Shown here piece by piece: positions 1 to 8,190 of a DNA stretch of 64,000 nucleotides; within the stretch, counting starts at the first letter, position 1, and each line of letters starts with the position of its first letter. The translations under genes and the position numbers were made by a program. The notes beneath the pieces were generated by a model. That model was not told the origin of the DNA and did not search any database. It saw only the letters and a list, made by a program, of their open reading frames with translations. This DNA is from Oscillospiraceae bacterium (GTDB lineage Bacteria > Bacillota > Clostridia > Oscillospirales > Oscillospiraceae), in the NCBI GenBank assembly GCA_017516005.1, contig JAFWDU010000006.1:36678-100677 (forward strand), given 5' to 3'.

Positions 1-385
1 AGGAATTTACCTTGCCGGAACTCATAGCCATAAACTGAAAACCGCGGGAAGAGAAATTCTTGTTGATCAGAGCCTCGGCATTATTGATGATGCCGACAGT
101 CGAGATAGTATAAAGGCCAAGCTTTGAGCGAACAAGAAGGGGCTGAGGATCGGAATCACTGATACAGCCAATGCCGCAGGTGCCTTCAAATTCATGAAGG
201 TCATTTTCGAATTTTGTTCGGAAAGCAGTGTTTCCAATGGAATGAATCTGCCTCTGACAGCCGCGCTCTTCACTCCAGATCGCCATACCGGCGTTCCGTG
301 TGCCGAGGTGGGAATGATAGTCGGTGCCGAAAAATACATCAAGAACAACATCGCGGTGCGAAACCGCGCCAAAAAAACCGCCCAT
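1..385 (-). CDS. Amidophosphoribosyltransferase-like protein (PurF family, class-II amidotransferase fold), N-terminal part; runs off the window start
   Basis: Hand translation of the minus strand from ATG at 385..383 gives MGGFFGAVSHRDVVLDVFFGTDYHSHLGTRNAGMAIW... The frame stays open to position 1. An AAGGA RBS lies 7 nt upstream. The gene sits directly downstream of purE. It is not in the ORF track because it is cut by the window edge. Confidence 0.6.
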   Translation of the reverse strand, partial: MGGFFGAVSHRDVVLDVFFGTDYHSHLGTRNAGMAIWSEERGCQRQIHSIGNTAFRTKFENDLHEFEGTCGIGCISDSDPQPLLVRSKLGLYTISTVGIINNAEALINKNFSSRGFQFMAMSSGKVNS

Positions 386-403
386 AGAGTAATCCTTTCG
401 TAA

Positions 404-892
404 TCAGAGCCTGTCCGCAATGCCAGCGTCCTTCTCGAGGACGGCTGCGGCATCTTTGCGGCGTTTGTCGTCAAGTTTCTGTGCCAGCTCTGTGTCTTCT
501 ACGGCAAGTATCTGTGCACAAAGCAAAGCGGCATTGACGCCTCCATTGACCGCGACGGTAGCCACAGGAATGCCGGAAGGCATCTGTACCGTTGCAAGAA
601 GAGCATCAATGCCGTCTAAAACAGCGGATGAGCAGGGTATTCCAATCACCGGAAGCGTTGTATTGGCTGCAATGGCCCCGGCAAGATGTGCAGCCATGCC
701 GGCGGCTGCAATGATGGCGCCAAAGCCTTTTGCTCTGGCGCTTCTGGCGAAGTCTCTCGCCTGATCGGGAGTACGGTGCGCAGAGTATACGTGGACCTCA
801 AAAGGAATTTCAAGTGCCTTCAGAGTATCCGTAGCTTTCTTAATGATGGGAAGATCTGAATCGCTGCCCATCACGATTCCAACTTTTTTCAT
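404..892 (-). CDS. purE: N5-carboxyaminoimidazole ribonucleotide mutase
   Basis: The ORF 404..925 translation contains [16 protein letters not shown]...AHRTP...[10 protein letters not shown], typical of PurE. Start moved to the internal ATG at 892, which has an AGAAGG RBS. Confidence 0.9.
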   Translation of the reverse strand: MKKVGIVMGSDSDLPIIKKATDTLKALEIPFEVHVYSAHRTPDQARDFARSARAKGFGAIIAAAGMAAHLAGAIAANTTLPVIGIPCSSAVLDGIDALLATVQMPSGIPVATVAVNGGVNAALLCAQILAVEDTELAQKLDDKRRKDAAAVLEKDAGIADRL

Positions 893-1050
893 GGATTTAC
901 CTTCTTTCAAAAACACAAAGGGCACACTTAATCTTTGGTAAGGTCAAGTGCGCCCGATCGGTCGTCATCAATAGGTTGTGCCCTGCTTCCGGCTCTTCTG
1001 CAGGGCTCTGCCTGTATCCCGTCAGTCGCTGGAAACTGCCAAAAATACTA
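893..1050 (-). promoter_or_regulatory. purE 5' leader, unclassified riboswitch or attenuator candidate
   Basis: A leader of about 155 nt lies between the predicted promoter and the purE start. It contains a 7-bp hairpin (GCCCUGC..GCAGGGC) and the terminator/antiterminator alternative. I could not match it to purine or ZTP consensus by eye. Confidence 0.45.
909..955 (-). terminator. Intrinsic terminator hairpin inside the purE leader (attenuator)
   Basis: Minus strand reads GGGCGCACUUGA..UUAAGUGUGCCC followed by UUUGUGUUUUU, ending about 15 nt before the purE RBS. An upstream GGGCAC segment could pair with GUGCCC as an antiterminator. Confidence 0.65.
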
Positions 1051-1055
1051 CATTT

Positions 1056-1085
1056 AGTGTACCATCCGACCGAGAAATACGTCAA
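1056..1085 (-). promoter_or_regulatory. Sigma-A-like promoter for the purE leader
   Basis: Minus strand has TTGACG (1085..1080), an 18-nt spacer, then TACACT (1061..1056) preceded by TGg (extended -10). Confidence 0.5.
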
Positions 1086-1146
1086 GTTGGGAAAGTCGAT
1101 AAAAAATCAACATATCACTTGGTAATTGTTGGCGTGAGCGCCAAGG

Positions 1147-1365
1147 TCAATTCAAATCCGTGCGTTCCTTTGGTGTAAGTTTGTGGCGTGTGCCGTCCGG
1201 TTCCACAATTATCGTGCTGTTGAGCTGCGCCTCAAGGTTTTTCCGAAACTCAGCAACATAGGCCTGACGAAGCCTTGCCTGTTCGATTTTCTCCTCTTCG
1301 CTTAAGCCTTCCGATTTTGCTTTTCTTGCAAGTTCATTAATGCGTGCAATGTCCTTTTGTTCCAT
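1147..1365 (-). CDS. UPF0291/DUF896 family small protein (YnzC-like)
   Basis: The 72-aa product MEQKDIARINELARKAKSEGLSEEEKIEQARLRQAYVAEFRKNL matches my memory of the DUF896 signature (RINELakKxK..LT.eE..EQ..LR). Confidence 0.8.
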   Translation of the reverse strand: MEQKDIARINELARKAKSEGLSEEEKIEQARLRQAYVAEFRKNLEAQLNSTIIVEPDGTRHKLTPKERTDLN

Positions 1366-1795
1366 CGTTGCACTCCTTCTTCATCGTTCTTACCATTCGG
1401 CCCTCCTGTTCAAATGGCTCTCCATCCGGGAGAAATCCGATACGAAGGAACAGAGGCTCGTATTCCAAAGGGACATCCGCATAGGATTCCTTCAGCCCAG
1501 CCATGGCAGCCTTATAGTCAAGAATCTTGATCAGACCGTCACCGATCCCCTGCCTGCGGTATTCAGGGAGAACGCAGATTCGGCTCATCTGAGCTTTTCC
1601 AACAGAGCGCAGATAAAACCTGCCTGCTGCTACAGGTACGTCATCCAGCAGAAGAGTCAGCTGAAAGGAAAACGGATCAAATGCGTCTTCCAGCTTTTCC
1701 GGATCCATGCCAAGTTCCTTGCAGAAGACTGCATTACGGATCTGAAATGCAGGTTCATTCCGTTCGCCTGGAACAGTCCATACGGATGTAATCAT
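1337..1795 (-). CDS. GNAT family N-acetyltransferase
   Basis: Contains the acetyl-CoA-binding-type motif VLPEYRRQGIGDGLI. Start set to ATG at 1795, with a GAGG RBS 8 nt upstream. Confidence 0.75.
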   Translation of the reverse strand: MITSVWTVPGERNEPAFQIRNAVFCKELGMDPEKLEDAFDPFSFQLTLLLDDVPVAAGRFYLRSVGKAQMSRICVLPEYRRQGIGDGLIKILDYKAAMAGLKESYADVPLEYEPLFLRIGFLPDGEPFEQEGRMVRTMKKECNDGTKGHCTH

Positions 1796-1805
1796 AATAA
1801 TAACC

Positions 1806-2627
1806 TCACAATAAAACACGGATTGTTATGGATATGCGACCTTTTCTTGTATTGCCGCCGATCTCATCAAGAACGGCTTTGCCGGATCCACGAAGTGATA
1901 CGGCATCTCCTTCCCGAAGAAGCCGGTCAGCCTTCTCACAGGGAAGAGAGTTTACGCTGACTTTTCCAGCACGGATGGCAGCCGATGCACGTTCCCTGCT
2001 CATCCGGAAAGCGGCTGAGCATATACTGTCAAGCCGAAGAGATGCCACAGTATCCTGAAGGATTCTGCTCTTCTTTTCCGGGATCACAACATCTTCAAGT
2101 GATATTTCGGTTACGGACACAGGAACACGGCCAGCTGACAGAAGATTCTGTCTCACATAAGGTGAGATGGCCTTCGTGAGGAAAAAGTCGCAGAAGCCCT
2201 CCCTGACAAACAGATCTCCGATGCAGGAGCGTTCTATCCCGCAGCCCATAAGTGAACCAAGGAAATCTCTGTGCGTTAGCTTTTCACGGGGTGAGAATGC
2301 AGCCCGGAATGCGGTGATGGGGCCGTCCTGACTCAGCTCTTCCAGCGTCAGGTACTCAGGAAGATACAGACAGATTCGGCGCTCCGATTCCGGATGACCG
2401 CCGAAGAATACGGGGTGGAGAATGGAAAGCTGCTGTGTGATCAGCGCCTGTTCCGCAGGAGTCAGAAAATCAGTGTATGTCAGTCTGTCCTTTTGTGATC
2501 CCTGTTCCAGAAGATCTAGCGTATGAGACAACAATAGCCGATCTTCCGGAGTGCCCGGATATTTCGAAATCCGAATTCGAAGATCCAAAAGGATTGCCAC
2601 CTCTCCCAGGAGTATTGAAACATGCAT
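1806..2627 (-). CDS. S4-domain RNA-binding protein, YlmH-like
   Basis: 273 aa with the YTDFLTPAEQ motif and a C-terminal S4-like segment (RLDSICSAAFRMSRERASAAIRAGKVSVN). The start codon is uncertain. Confidence 0.6.
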   Translation of the reverse strand: MHVSILLGEVAILLDLRIRISKYPGTPEDRLLLSHTLDLLEQGSQKDRLTYTDFLTPAEQALITQQLSILHPVFFGGHPESERRICLYLPEYLTLEELSQDGPITAFRAAFSPREKLTHRDFLGSLMGCGIERSCIGDLFVREGFCDFFLTKAISPYVRQNLLSAGRVPVSVTEISLEDVVIPEKKSRILQDTVASLRLDSICSAAFRMSRERASAAIRAGKVSVNSLPCEKADRLLREGDAVSLRGSGKAVLDEIGGNTRKGRISITIRVLL

Positions 2628-2658
2628 GCATGATGCACGCAGACGAGATAATTACTAC

Positions 2659-4512
2659 TTAACCGTTTGCGAAAGTAAGTGAACAAAGAAGCTGATAATC
2701 ATCGAGGCTGATCACCTGTACGGATGCGGCAGTGCACAGATACAGCGCATTTCCGCAGCGGATAATGCTGCCGTTTCGATAGTACAGGCTGCTCATTTCC
2801 ATTTCAGCAACCGGTTCAAAAGTGCCCTCGTTGCAGTCAAAGAAGCAGTAGGAGCCATCCAAAGGCAATCCGAGAATGCCGTTTTCGCCAATATAAACGG
2901 AGTATCCGCTATCGGCGGCGATGCTGCTTCCAAACCGAGCCTTTTCTACAGGATCGCTGACTGAGCAATCCAGGAGGAACGGAACAAGGCCGCTGTCCGC
3001 ATTTTCCTGAACGGCAAGTCCAAACAGCTGATCCTTGCCAAGTGATGCCCAATATCCGCAGTTTGAAGGGATCAATGCGTTTTCAAGCATTTTAGGGGTT
3101 TCAGGATCAGCAAGGTTCAGAACGATCCCGGGATCCAGCCGTTGATTGCTCAGGAGAAAACACAGAGAATTATGAAATCTGGCAGAGCTGATTGTACCGA
3201 ATTCAGCCGGTATTTCAAAAGTGCCTTTCATGCTCAGAGAATCATCAAAGACGCTGATGGAGTTATTCCGTTCTTCCCCGGCATTGACGTAGTTGATAAA
3301 GCCGTATGCTTCATCCACATAAGTTTTGTATGCGTTCTGATATTCGCTGGTTGCAAGGCGCAGCTGACCGTTCCACTCATCCATGGCAAAACGATTCACG
3401 AGGAATCCTTCGACGCTGTTTGAGGCGGTAACAGAGAAGTCATCCGGCTGGAGAGTGAAGAGTCGAGTGGCTGCGAGCTGCACGTGATCCGTAACCCGAT
3501 ACTGGTTTTCCTGGTATGGCTCCGATTGAAGCAGCTCGTAGGATCCAATGGCAACATGGACTGCTTTGTCCGTAAAAAGGACCTGGCTGGCTGTTCCGGT
3601 AAGAGCAACCGCATTTTCCGAGATTGTTCCTTCAGCCATATCGAGGCAGCCGAGAACCGTAAAACTGCTGGATTGACACGGATCAATCAGATAAAGCCGA
3701 TCAGGCGAAATAAGACTGGAAGATTCGCCGTTGACGATGGAAGGTATGTAACGTCCGTATTCCTCTACAGAAGAATTCCATGCCGTAAAGCTGGACGCAA
3801 GATACAGGCGGTCCGAAAACTGCCTTGCTGCCAGATATCTTCCGTCAATGGCGGATATACCGGTCATGAATGGGTTTTCAGGATCATTGATGTCAAACTG
3901 CTTGATCAGAACCTGCTCAGTGGACGAATAGCTGTAGTGACCGTTCTCATCCTTTATTTCAGACCAGGCATAATAATTAAACAAGACGTAGGCCGTCCTG
4001 CCGTAAAGGAATACGGCGATCGGGGATTCTGTACCTTTCCCGTATCCTCCAAGAATGGAGCATTTACCGACCAGCTGGGATTCAGCTCCTTCCGGAGAGA
4101 CAATCAGAAGTTCCTGTGCTGTCAGAATATAAACGAAACTCTGATCAGTCTTGACAGTCTGATCCTGATCAAAACCGAGCACTTTTACACTGCTGTCGAC
4201 CGTTTCCGGAAGATAGCGGTTATTCTCGTCAGTGTCATCACGGGCAGCTGAAAAAAGCTGAAATACTTCCTGATAGCTCTGGGCGTGACGAACGGAAGCT
4301 TCTGGGAGTTTGATCTCAATGGACAGATGTTCCGGTTCTGATGTCTGCCAGTTCTGCTCCGTTTCCGTCTCCGGCTCCGTCTGCGCAACGGGCGTATTTG
4401 TCTGCTCCTGTTCCGGCAGGTTTACCTGATCGGGAACCTCCTGTTTTTTGCATCCTCCCAGAATGGAAAGAAGAATCAGGATCGACAGGAGTGCAGAAGA
4501 AAACCGTTTCAT
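2659..4512 (-). CDS. Secreted lipoprotein with a C-terminal beta-propeller domain (PF09826-like)
   Basis: The N-terminus MKRFSSALLSILILLSILGGCKK is a signal peptide plus lipobox Cys. The C-terminal segment ARF..LDPGIVLNLADPETPKMLENALIPSNCGYW resembles the beta-propeller family motif (RF..DPLfviDLsdP..P...L.ipGyS). Confidence 0.7.
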   Translation of the reverse strand: MKRFSSALLSILILLSILGGCKKQEVPDQVNLPEQEQTNTPVAQTEPETETEQNWQTSEPEHLSIEIKLPEASVRHAQSYQEVFQLFSAARDDTDENNRYLPETVDSSVKVLGFDQDQTVKTDQSFVYILTAQELLIVSPEGAESQLVGKCSILGGYGKGTESPIAVFLYGRTAYVLFNYYAWSEIKDENGHYSYSSTEQVLIKQFDINDPENPFMTGISAIDGRYLAARQFSDRLYLASSFTAWNSSVEEYGRYIPSIVNGESSSLISPDRLYLIDPCQSSSFTVLGCLDMAEGTISENAVALTGTASQVLFTDKAVHVAIGSYELLQSEPYQENQYRVTDHVQLAATRLFTLQPDDFSVTASNSVEGFLVNRFAMDEWNGQLRLATSEYQNAYKTYVDEAYGFINYVNAGEERNNSISVFDDSLSMKGTFEIPAEFGTISSARFHNSLCFLLSNQRLDPGIVLNLADPETPKMLENALIPSNCGYWASLGKDQLFGLAVQENADSGLVPFLLDCSVSDPVEKARFGSSIAADSGYSVYIGENGILGLPLDGSYCFFDCNEGTFEPVAEMEMSSLYYRNGSIIRCGNALYLCTAASVQVISLDDYQLLCSLTFANG

Positions 4513-4632
4513 AAAGCCCCTCCTTTGGAGTCTGAGAATTGGTAGTCGAACTACTTGCTACATTGTATCATAGTTCTGTGTAACTGACATCCGAAAAACC
4601 ATGGTCAGTTTAGACAAATTTGCAGAAATACT

Positions 4633-4661
4633 TTGACAGAAAACTGGACTGGTGATATGTT
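4633..4661 (+). promoter_or_regulatory. Sigma-A-like promoter for the MarR-family gene
   Basis: TTGACA (4633..4638), a 17-nt spacer, then TATGTT (4656..4661). Confidence 0.5.
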
Positions 4662-4701
4662 AAATGGAGAAAACACCCACTCTATAAAGGAGCGTGATCT
4701 T

Positions 4702-5154
4702 ATGGCAGACAACAAAAGAAAAGAAATTCTAAATATTGGCGCGAGGATTTCCACTCTTCAGAGAATACATCGTCGTTTTATCTCTTCTTACCTTTCCAAG
4801 CATGATCTTTCCGGCGCTATGCATATGATTCTCTCTTCCCTTCACAGCAAGCCGGGTGTCAGCCAGGATTATCTTTCTGTCAGATTCAATATGGATAAAG
4901 GAATTGTTGCACGGCAGTGCAAGATTTTGGAAAGCAGAAATCTGATCCGCAGAGAAATCAATGACAGCGATCACCGGCAGTACTGCCTTTATCTGACTGA
5001 GGATGGCGAGGCGCTGATCCCTGAGATCTACAACGGTTATCAGGAATGGACAGATATGATTTGCAAGGATTTTACCGATGAAGAAATTGAAGCCGCTTGC
5101 CAGCTCCTGACGCGCATGGTTCAGAACTGCAACGATCTGATTGAGAACGTCTGA
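4702..5154 (+). CDS. MarR family transcriptional regulator
   Basis: Winged-helix MarR-like sequence (LSVRFNMDKGIVARQCKILESRNLIRREINDSDHRQYCLYLTEDG). Start moved to ATG at 4702, which has an AAAGGAG RBS 9 nt upstream. Confidence 0.8.
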   Translation: MADNKRKEILNIGARISTLQRIHRRFISSYLSKHDLSGAMHMILSSLHSKPGVSQDYLSVRFNMDKGIVARQCKILESRNLIRREINDSDHRQYCLYLTEDGEALIPEIYNGYQEWTDMICKDFTDEEIEAACQLLTRMVQNCNDLIENV

Positions 5155-5159
5155 TCAGT

Positions 5160-5597
5160 ATGCTCGTAAGAATCAAGAAACTGGATCCGCATGCCACCAT
5201 ACCAACCTATGCCAGTTCTGAGTCTGCAGGCGCGGATCTCTATGCATGCTGTTTTGCACCTGTCGAGATTCCTGCCGGGCACACCGCGCTGATCCGTACC
5301 GGTCTTGCCGTCGAAATCCCGGAAGGATACTGCGGACTTGTGTATGCACGCAGCGGCCTTGCCACAAAAAAAGGCCTTGCCCCGGCGAACAAAGTTGGTG
5401 TTATCGATGCGGACTATCGAGGCGAAATAATGGTCAGCCTCTATAATCACGGAGATCTGACTCAGACTGTTATGCCTGGTGAACGGATCGCTCAACTGGT
5501 GGTCACTCCTTTCCTGAAGGCGGAATTCGAACTATCGGAAGAGCTCTCCGATACTGTTCGGGGAGAAGGCGGCTTTGGAAGTACGGGAACCCGTTGA
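5160..5597 (+). CDS. dut: dUTP diphosphatase
   Basis: Motifs SAGADLYA, GVIDADYRGEI and RGEGGFGSTG are the classic trimeric dUTPase motifs. Confidence 0.9.
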   Translation: MLVRIKKLDPHATIPTYASSESAGADLYACCFAPVEIPAGHTALIRTGLAVEIPEGYCGLVYARSGLATKKGLAPANKVGVIDADYRGEIMVSLYNHGDLTQTVMPGERIAQLVVTPFLKAEFELSEELSDTVRGEGGFGSTGTR

Positions 5598-5606
5598 GGT
5601 GGAAAG

Positions 5607-6164
5607 ATGGATGAAACGCATTTGATTGAATCTACGATCAGCGAAAAAAAGATCTTTGACGGAGACATCCTTCATGTTCGGGTTGATCAGATACTTCTTC
5701 CGAATGGCTTACCTGCAACGCGGGAAATCATTCGTCATATCGGTGCGGTTTGTGTCCTCCCCCTGACATCTGATGAGAAAGTCGTCATGGAGCGTCAATA
5801 TCGTTATCCAGTCGCCAGAATTCTTCGAGAGATCCCTGCCGGGAAACTGGACTCAGCCGATGAACCGCCTCTGGATGCAGTCAAACGAGAGCTTCGCGAA
5901 GAAACCGGATATGAAGCTTCTGAATGGATTTCTCTTGGAAAAATCCTTCCTGCTCCCGCCTATTGTGATGAGATTCTTTATCTGTATCTTGCTCTTGGAC
6001 TCCATGCTGGCAGTCAGGAACTGGATTCAGACGAATTTCTCGATGTAGAGACGGTTCCCCTTTCAGAGCTTGTTGAAGATGTCATGAACGGGAAAATTGA
6101 GGATGCCAAAACACAGATTGCTGTTCTGAAAACCTGGAATCTTCTCAAAAAACGTAACAATTGA
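5607..6164 (+). CDS. NUDIX hydrolase (ADP-ribose pyrophosphatase-like)
   Basis: Nudix box GKLDSADEPPLDAVKRELREETGYEA. A GAGGTGG RBS precedes the start. Confidence 0.8.
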   Translation: MDETHLIESTISEKKIFDGDILHVRVDQILLPNGLPATREIIRHIGAVCVLPLTSDEKVVMERQYRYPVARILREIPAGKLDSADEPPLDAVKRELREETGYEASEWISLGKILPAPAYCDEILYLYLALGLHAGSQELDSDEFLDVETVPLSELVEDVMNGKIEDAKTQIAVLKTWNLLKKRNN

Positions 6165-6170
6165 ATCTTT

Positions 6171-6198
6171 GCCGGCGGACTCTCCGCCGGCTTTTTTT
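6171..6198 (+). terminator. Intrinsic terminator after the NUDIX gene
   Basis: GCCGGCGGA-ctc-TCCGCCGGC followed by TTTTTTT. Confidence 0.8.
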
Positions 6199-6215
6199 AT
6201 CAAGAGGTGACACAA

Positions 6216-8138
6216 ATGGGTGAATTTCTTCCGATCTGCAAAGAGGATATGGAACAAAGAGGCTGGGATCAGTGTGATTTCGTCTATGTGATCGGGGATG
6301 CCTATGTGGATCACCCCTCGTTCGGACATGCCATAATCAGCCGCGTGCTGGAATCACATGGCTATCGTGTCGGCATTATATCACAGCCGGACTGGAAGGA
6401 TCCGGATTCCATTTCCATCCTTGGTAAGCCCCGTCTCGGGTTCCTCGTCATGGGCGGCAATATGGATTCCATGGTAAATCATTATTCAGTTTCCAAGCAT
6501 CGCAGAAACTATGACTATTATACGCCAGGAGGAAAACCCGGTCACAGGCCGGACTACGCCGTGACGGTATACTGCAACCTGATCCGCAGAAGCTACCCGA
6601 AAACTCCGATCCTGATTGGCGGGATCGAAGCCAGCCTTCGCAGATTTGCCCATTACGACTACTGGTCTGACAAGCTGAAACGATCTATTCTGCTTGACTC
6701 ACAGGCGGATCTGCTGCTCTATGGCATGGGTGAGCACTCCATCGTGGAAGCGGCAGACGCACTGAACAGCGGCCTTCTTGTCAATGAACTCACATTCCTG
6801 CGCGGAACCGTATATAAAACCAGATCACTGCAGGACATTCCGGAGTACGTGACGCTTCCGTCCTGGGATGAACTTCGCAGCAATCCGAAAAGATATGCGG
6901 AGAGTTTTGCAGAAGTATCGAAAAACATGGATGCGATTACCGGAAAAGTTTTAGTTGAACCGTATTCTGATCGGGAATTCATTGTTCAGAATCCGCCATC
7001 CGAGCCACTGACGCAACAGGAAATGGATGACGTCTATGAGCTGCCCTACATGCGGACTTATCACCCTTCCTATGAAAAACTGGGCGGCGTTGACGCGATT
7101 CAGGAGGTTCGCTTCAGCCTGACTTCCTGCCGCGGTTGCTTCGGCGGATGCAGTTTCTGCGCACTTACTTATCATCAAGGCCGTGTTGTGCAGACAAGAT
7201 CACATGAGTCACTGCTCCGGGAAGCGGAACTGATGATCAAAGATCCGGAGTTTAAAGGCTATATCCATGACGTTGGCGGACCAACAGCAAACTTCAGACG
7301 ACCCGCATGCGACAAGCAGCTGGAACATGGCGTCTGCAATTATCGCCAGTGCCTCTTCCCCACTCCCTGCAAGAACCTGATTGCTGATCATTCGGATTAT
7401 CTTACACTTCTCCGGAAACTCCGTGCACTTCCCGGCGTGAAGAAAGTTTTTATCCGTAGCGGAATCCGCTTTGATTATCTTTTATGTGATCCGGATGACA
7501 GCTTCTTCCGGGAACTGGTACAGTATCATGTTTCCGGACAGCTGAAAGTCGCGCCGGAACACATCTCCGATCACGTTCTCTCTTTAATGGGCAAACCGCG
7601 GAATGAAGTATTCCGCAAGTTCCAGGAAAAGTATGATGCACTGAACAGACGCTATCATAAGGACCAGTATCTGGTTGCCTATCTCATCTCCAGCCATCCG
7701 GGATCCACGCTGAAAGATGCCATTGCTCTGGCGGAATATCTCCATAAAGAACACGCTTCGCCCGAGCAGGTACAGGATTTCTATCCGACACCGTCTACCG
7801 TTTCCACTGTCATGTATTATACCGGATATGATCCGAGAACCATGCAGAAAGTTTATGTAGCAAGAAATCCACATGAGAAAGCAATGCAGCGTGCTCTGAT
7901 TCAGTACCGCAATCCGAAAAACTATGAACTTGTGCATGAAGCGTTGACGCTCGCGGGAAGGCAGGATCTGATTGGATACGGACCAGATTGTCTGATCCGT
8001 CCCAAAAAGGACGGTTCCTTTGCTGGAACCGGCACTTCAAATAACCGCAAGCCAGCCGCAAAGAGAAACAACTCGGATCAATCAGAAAGCCGTTCAAGAA
8101 AAAACGTATCCGGTCAATCCGGCAAGAAGCATAGATAG
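6216..8138 (+). CDS. ygiQ: YgiQ family radical SAM protein (UPF0313)
   Basis: The N-terminus ...WDQCDFVYVIGDAYVDHPSFGHAIISRVLE and the Cys cluster CRGCFGGCSFC are typical of YgiQ. Start set to ATG at 6216 (AAGAGGTG RBS); the track start at 6207 is GTG. Confidence 0.85.
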   Translation: MGEFLPICKEDMEQRGWDQCDFVYVIGDAYVDHPSFGHAIISRVLESHGYRVGIISQPDWKDPDSISILGKPRLGFLVMGGNMDSMVNHYSVSKHRRNYDYYTPGGKPGHRPDYAVTVYCNLIRRSYPKTPILIGGIEASLRRFAHYDYWSDKLKRSILLDSQADLLLYGMGEHSIVEAADALNSGLLVNELTFLRGTVYKTRSLQDIPEYVTLPSWDELRSNPKRYAESFAEVSKNMDAITGKVLVEPYSDREFIVQNPPSEPLTQQEMDDVYELPYMRTYHPSYEKLGGVDAIQEVRFSLTSCRGCFGGCSFCALTYHQGRVVQTRSHESLLREAELMIKDPEFKGYIHDVGGPTANFRRPACDKQLEHGVCNYRQCLFPTPCKNLIADHSDYLTLLRKLRALPGVKKVFIRSGIRFDYLLCDPDDSFFRELVQYHVSGQLKVAPEHISDHVLSLMGKPRNEVFRKFQEKYDALNRRYHKDQYLVAYLISSHPGSTLKDAIALAEYLHKEHASPEQVQDFYPTPSTVSTVMYYTGYDPRTMQKVYVARNPHEKAMQRALIQYRNPKNYELVHEALTLAGRQDLIGYGPDCLIRPKKDGSFAGTGTSNNRKPAAKRNNSDQSESRSRKNVSGQSGKKHR

Positions 8139-8148
8139 AAATAATTAA

Positions 8149-8190
8149 GGGAGTGATGCGGGCTGTTGTTCTGCATCACCCCCTATTTAT
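8149..8190. terminator. Hairpin between convergent ygiQ and mutY
   Basis: GGGAGTGATGC..GCATCACCCCC (one mismatch), flanked by a T-rich run on the plus strand. Confidence 0.55.

Noticed and set aside
67-474. 135-aa minus-strand ORF and 69-aa plus-strand ORF (194-403) at the window start
   Set aside because: A different minus-strand frame, open from ATG at 385 to the window edge, encodes a PurF-like N-terminus with an RBS. The 135-aa ORF also overlaps the purE 3' end. Neither listed ORF has recognisable features.
893-1050. Assigning the purE leader to the guanine/adenine or ZTP riboswitch class
   Set aside because: The conserved purine-riboswitch junction sequences and the ZTP 3' CCGCCUGGGC pseudoknot element are not present by eye. 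Only a loose GACUGACGGG resemblance exists. The class is left open pending a covariance-model search.
4549-4561. Inverted repeat GTAGT-CGA-ACTAC in the divergent MarR/beta-propeller lipoprotein intergenic region as a MarR operator
   Set aside because: The position is plausible, just downstream of a putative extended -10 for the lipoprotein gene. However, 5-bp arms are too short to distinguish from chance without comparative data.
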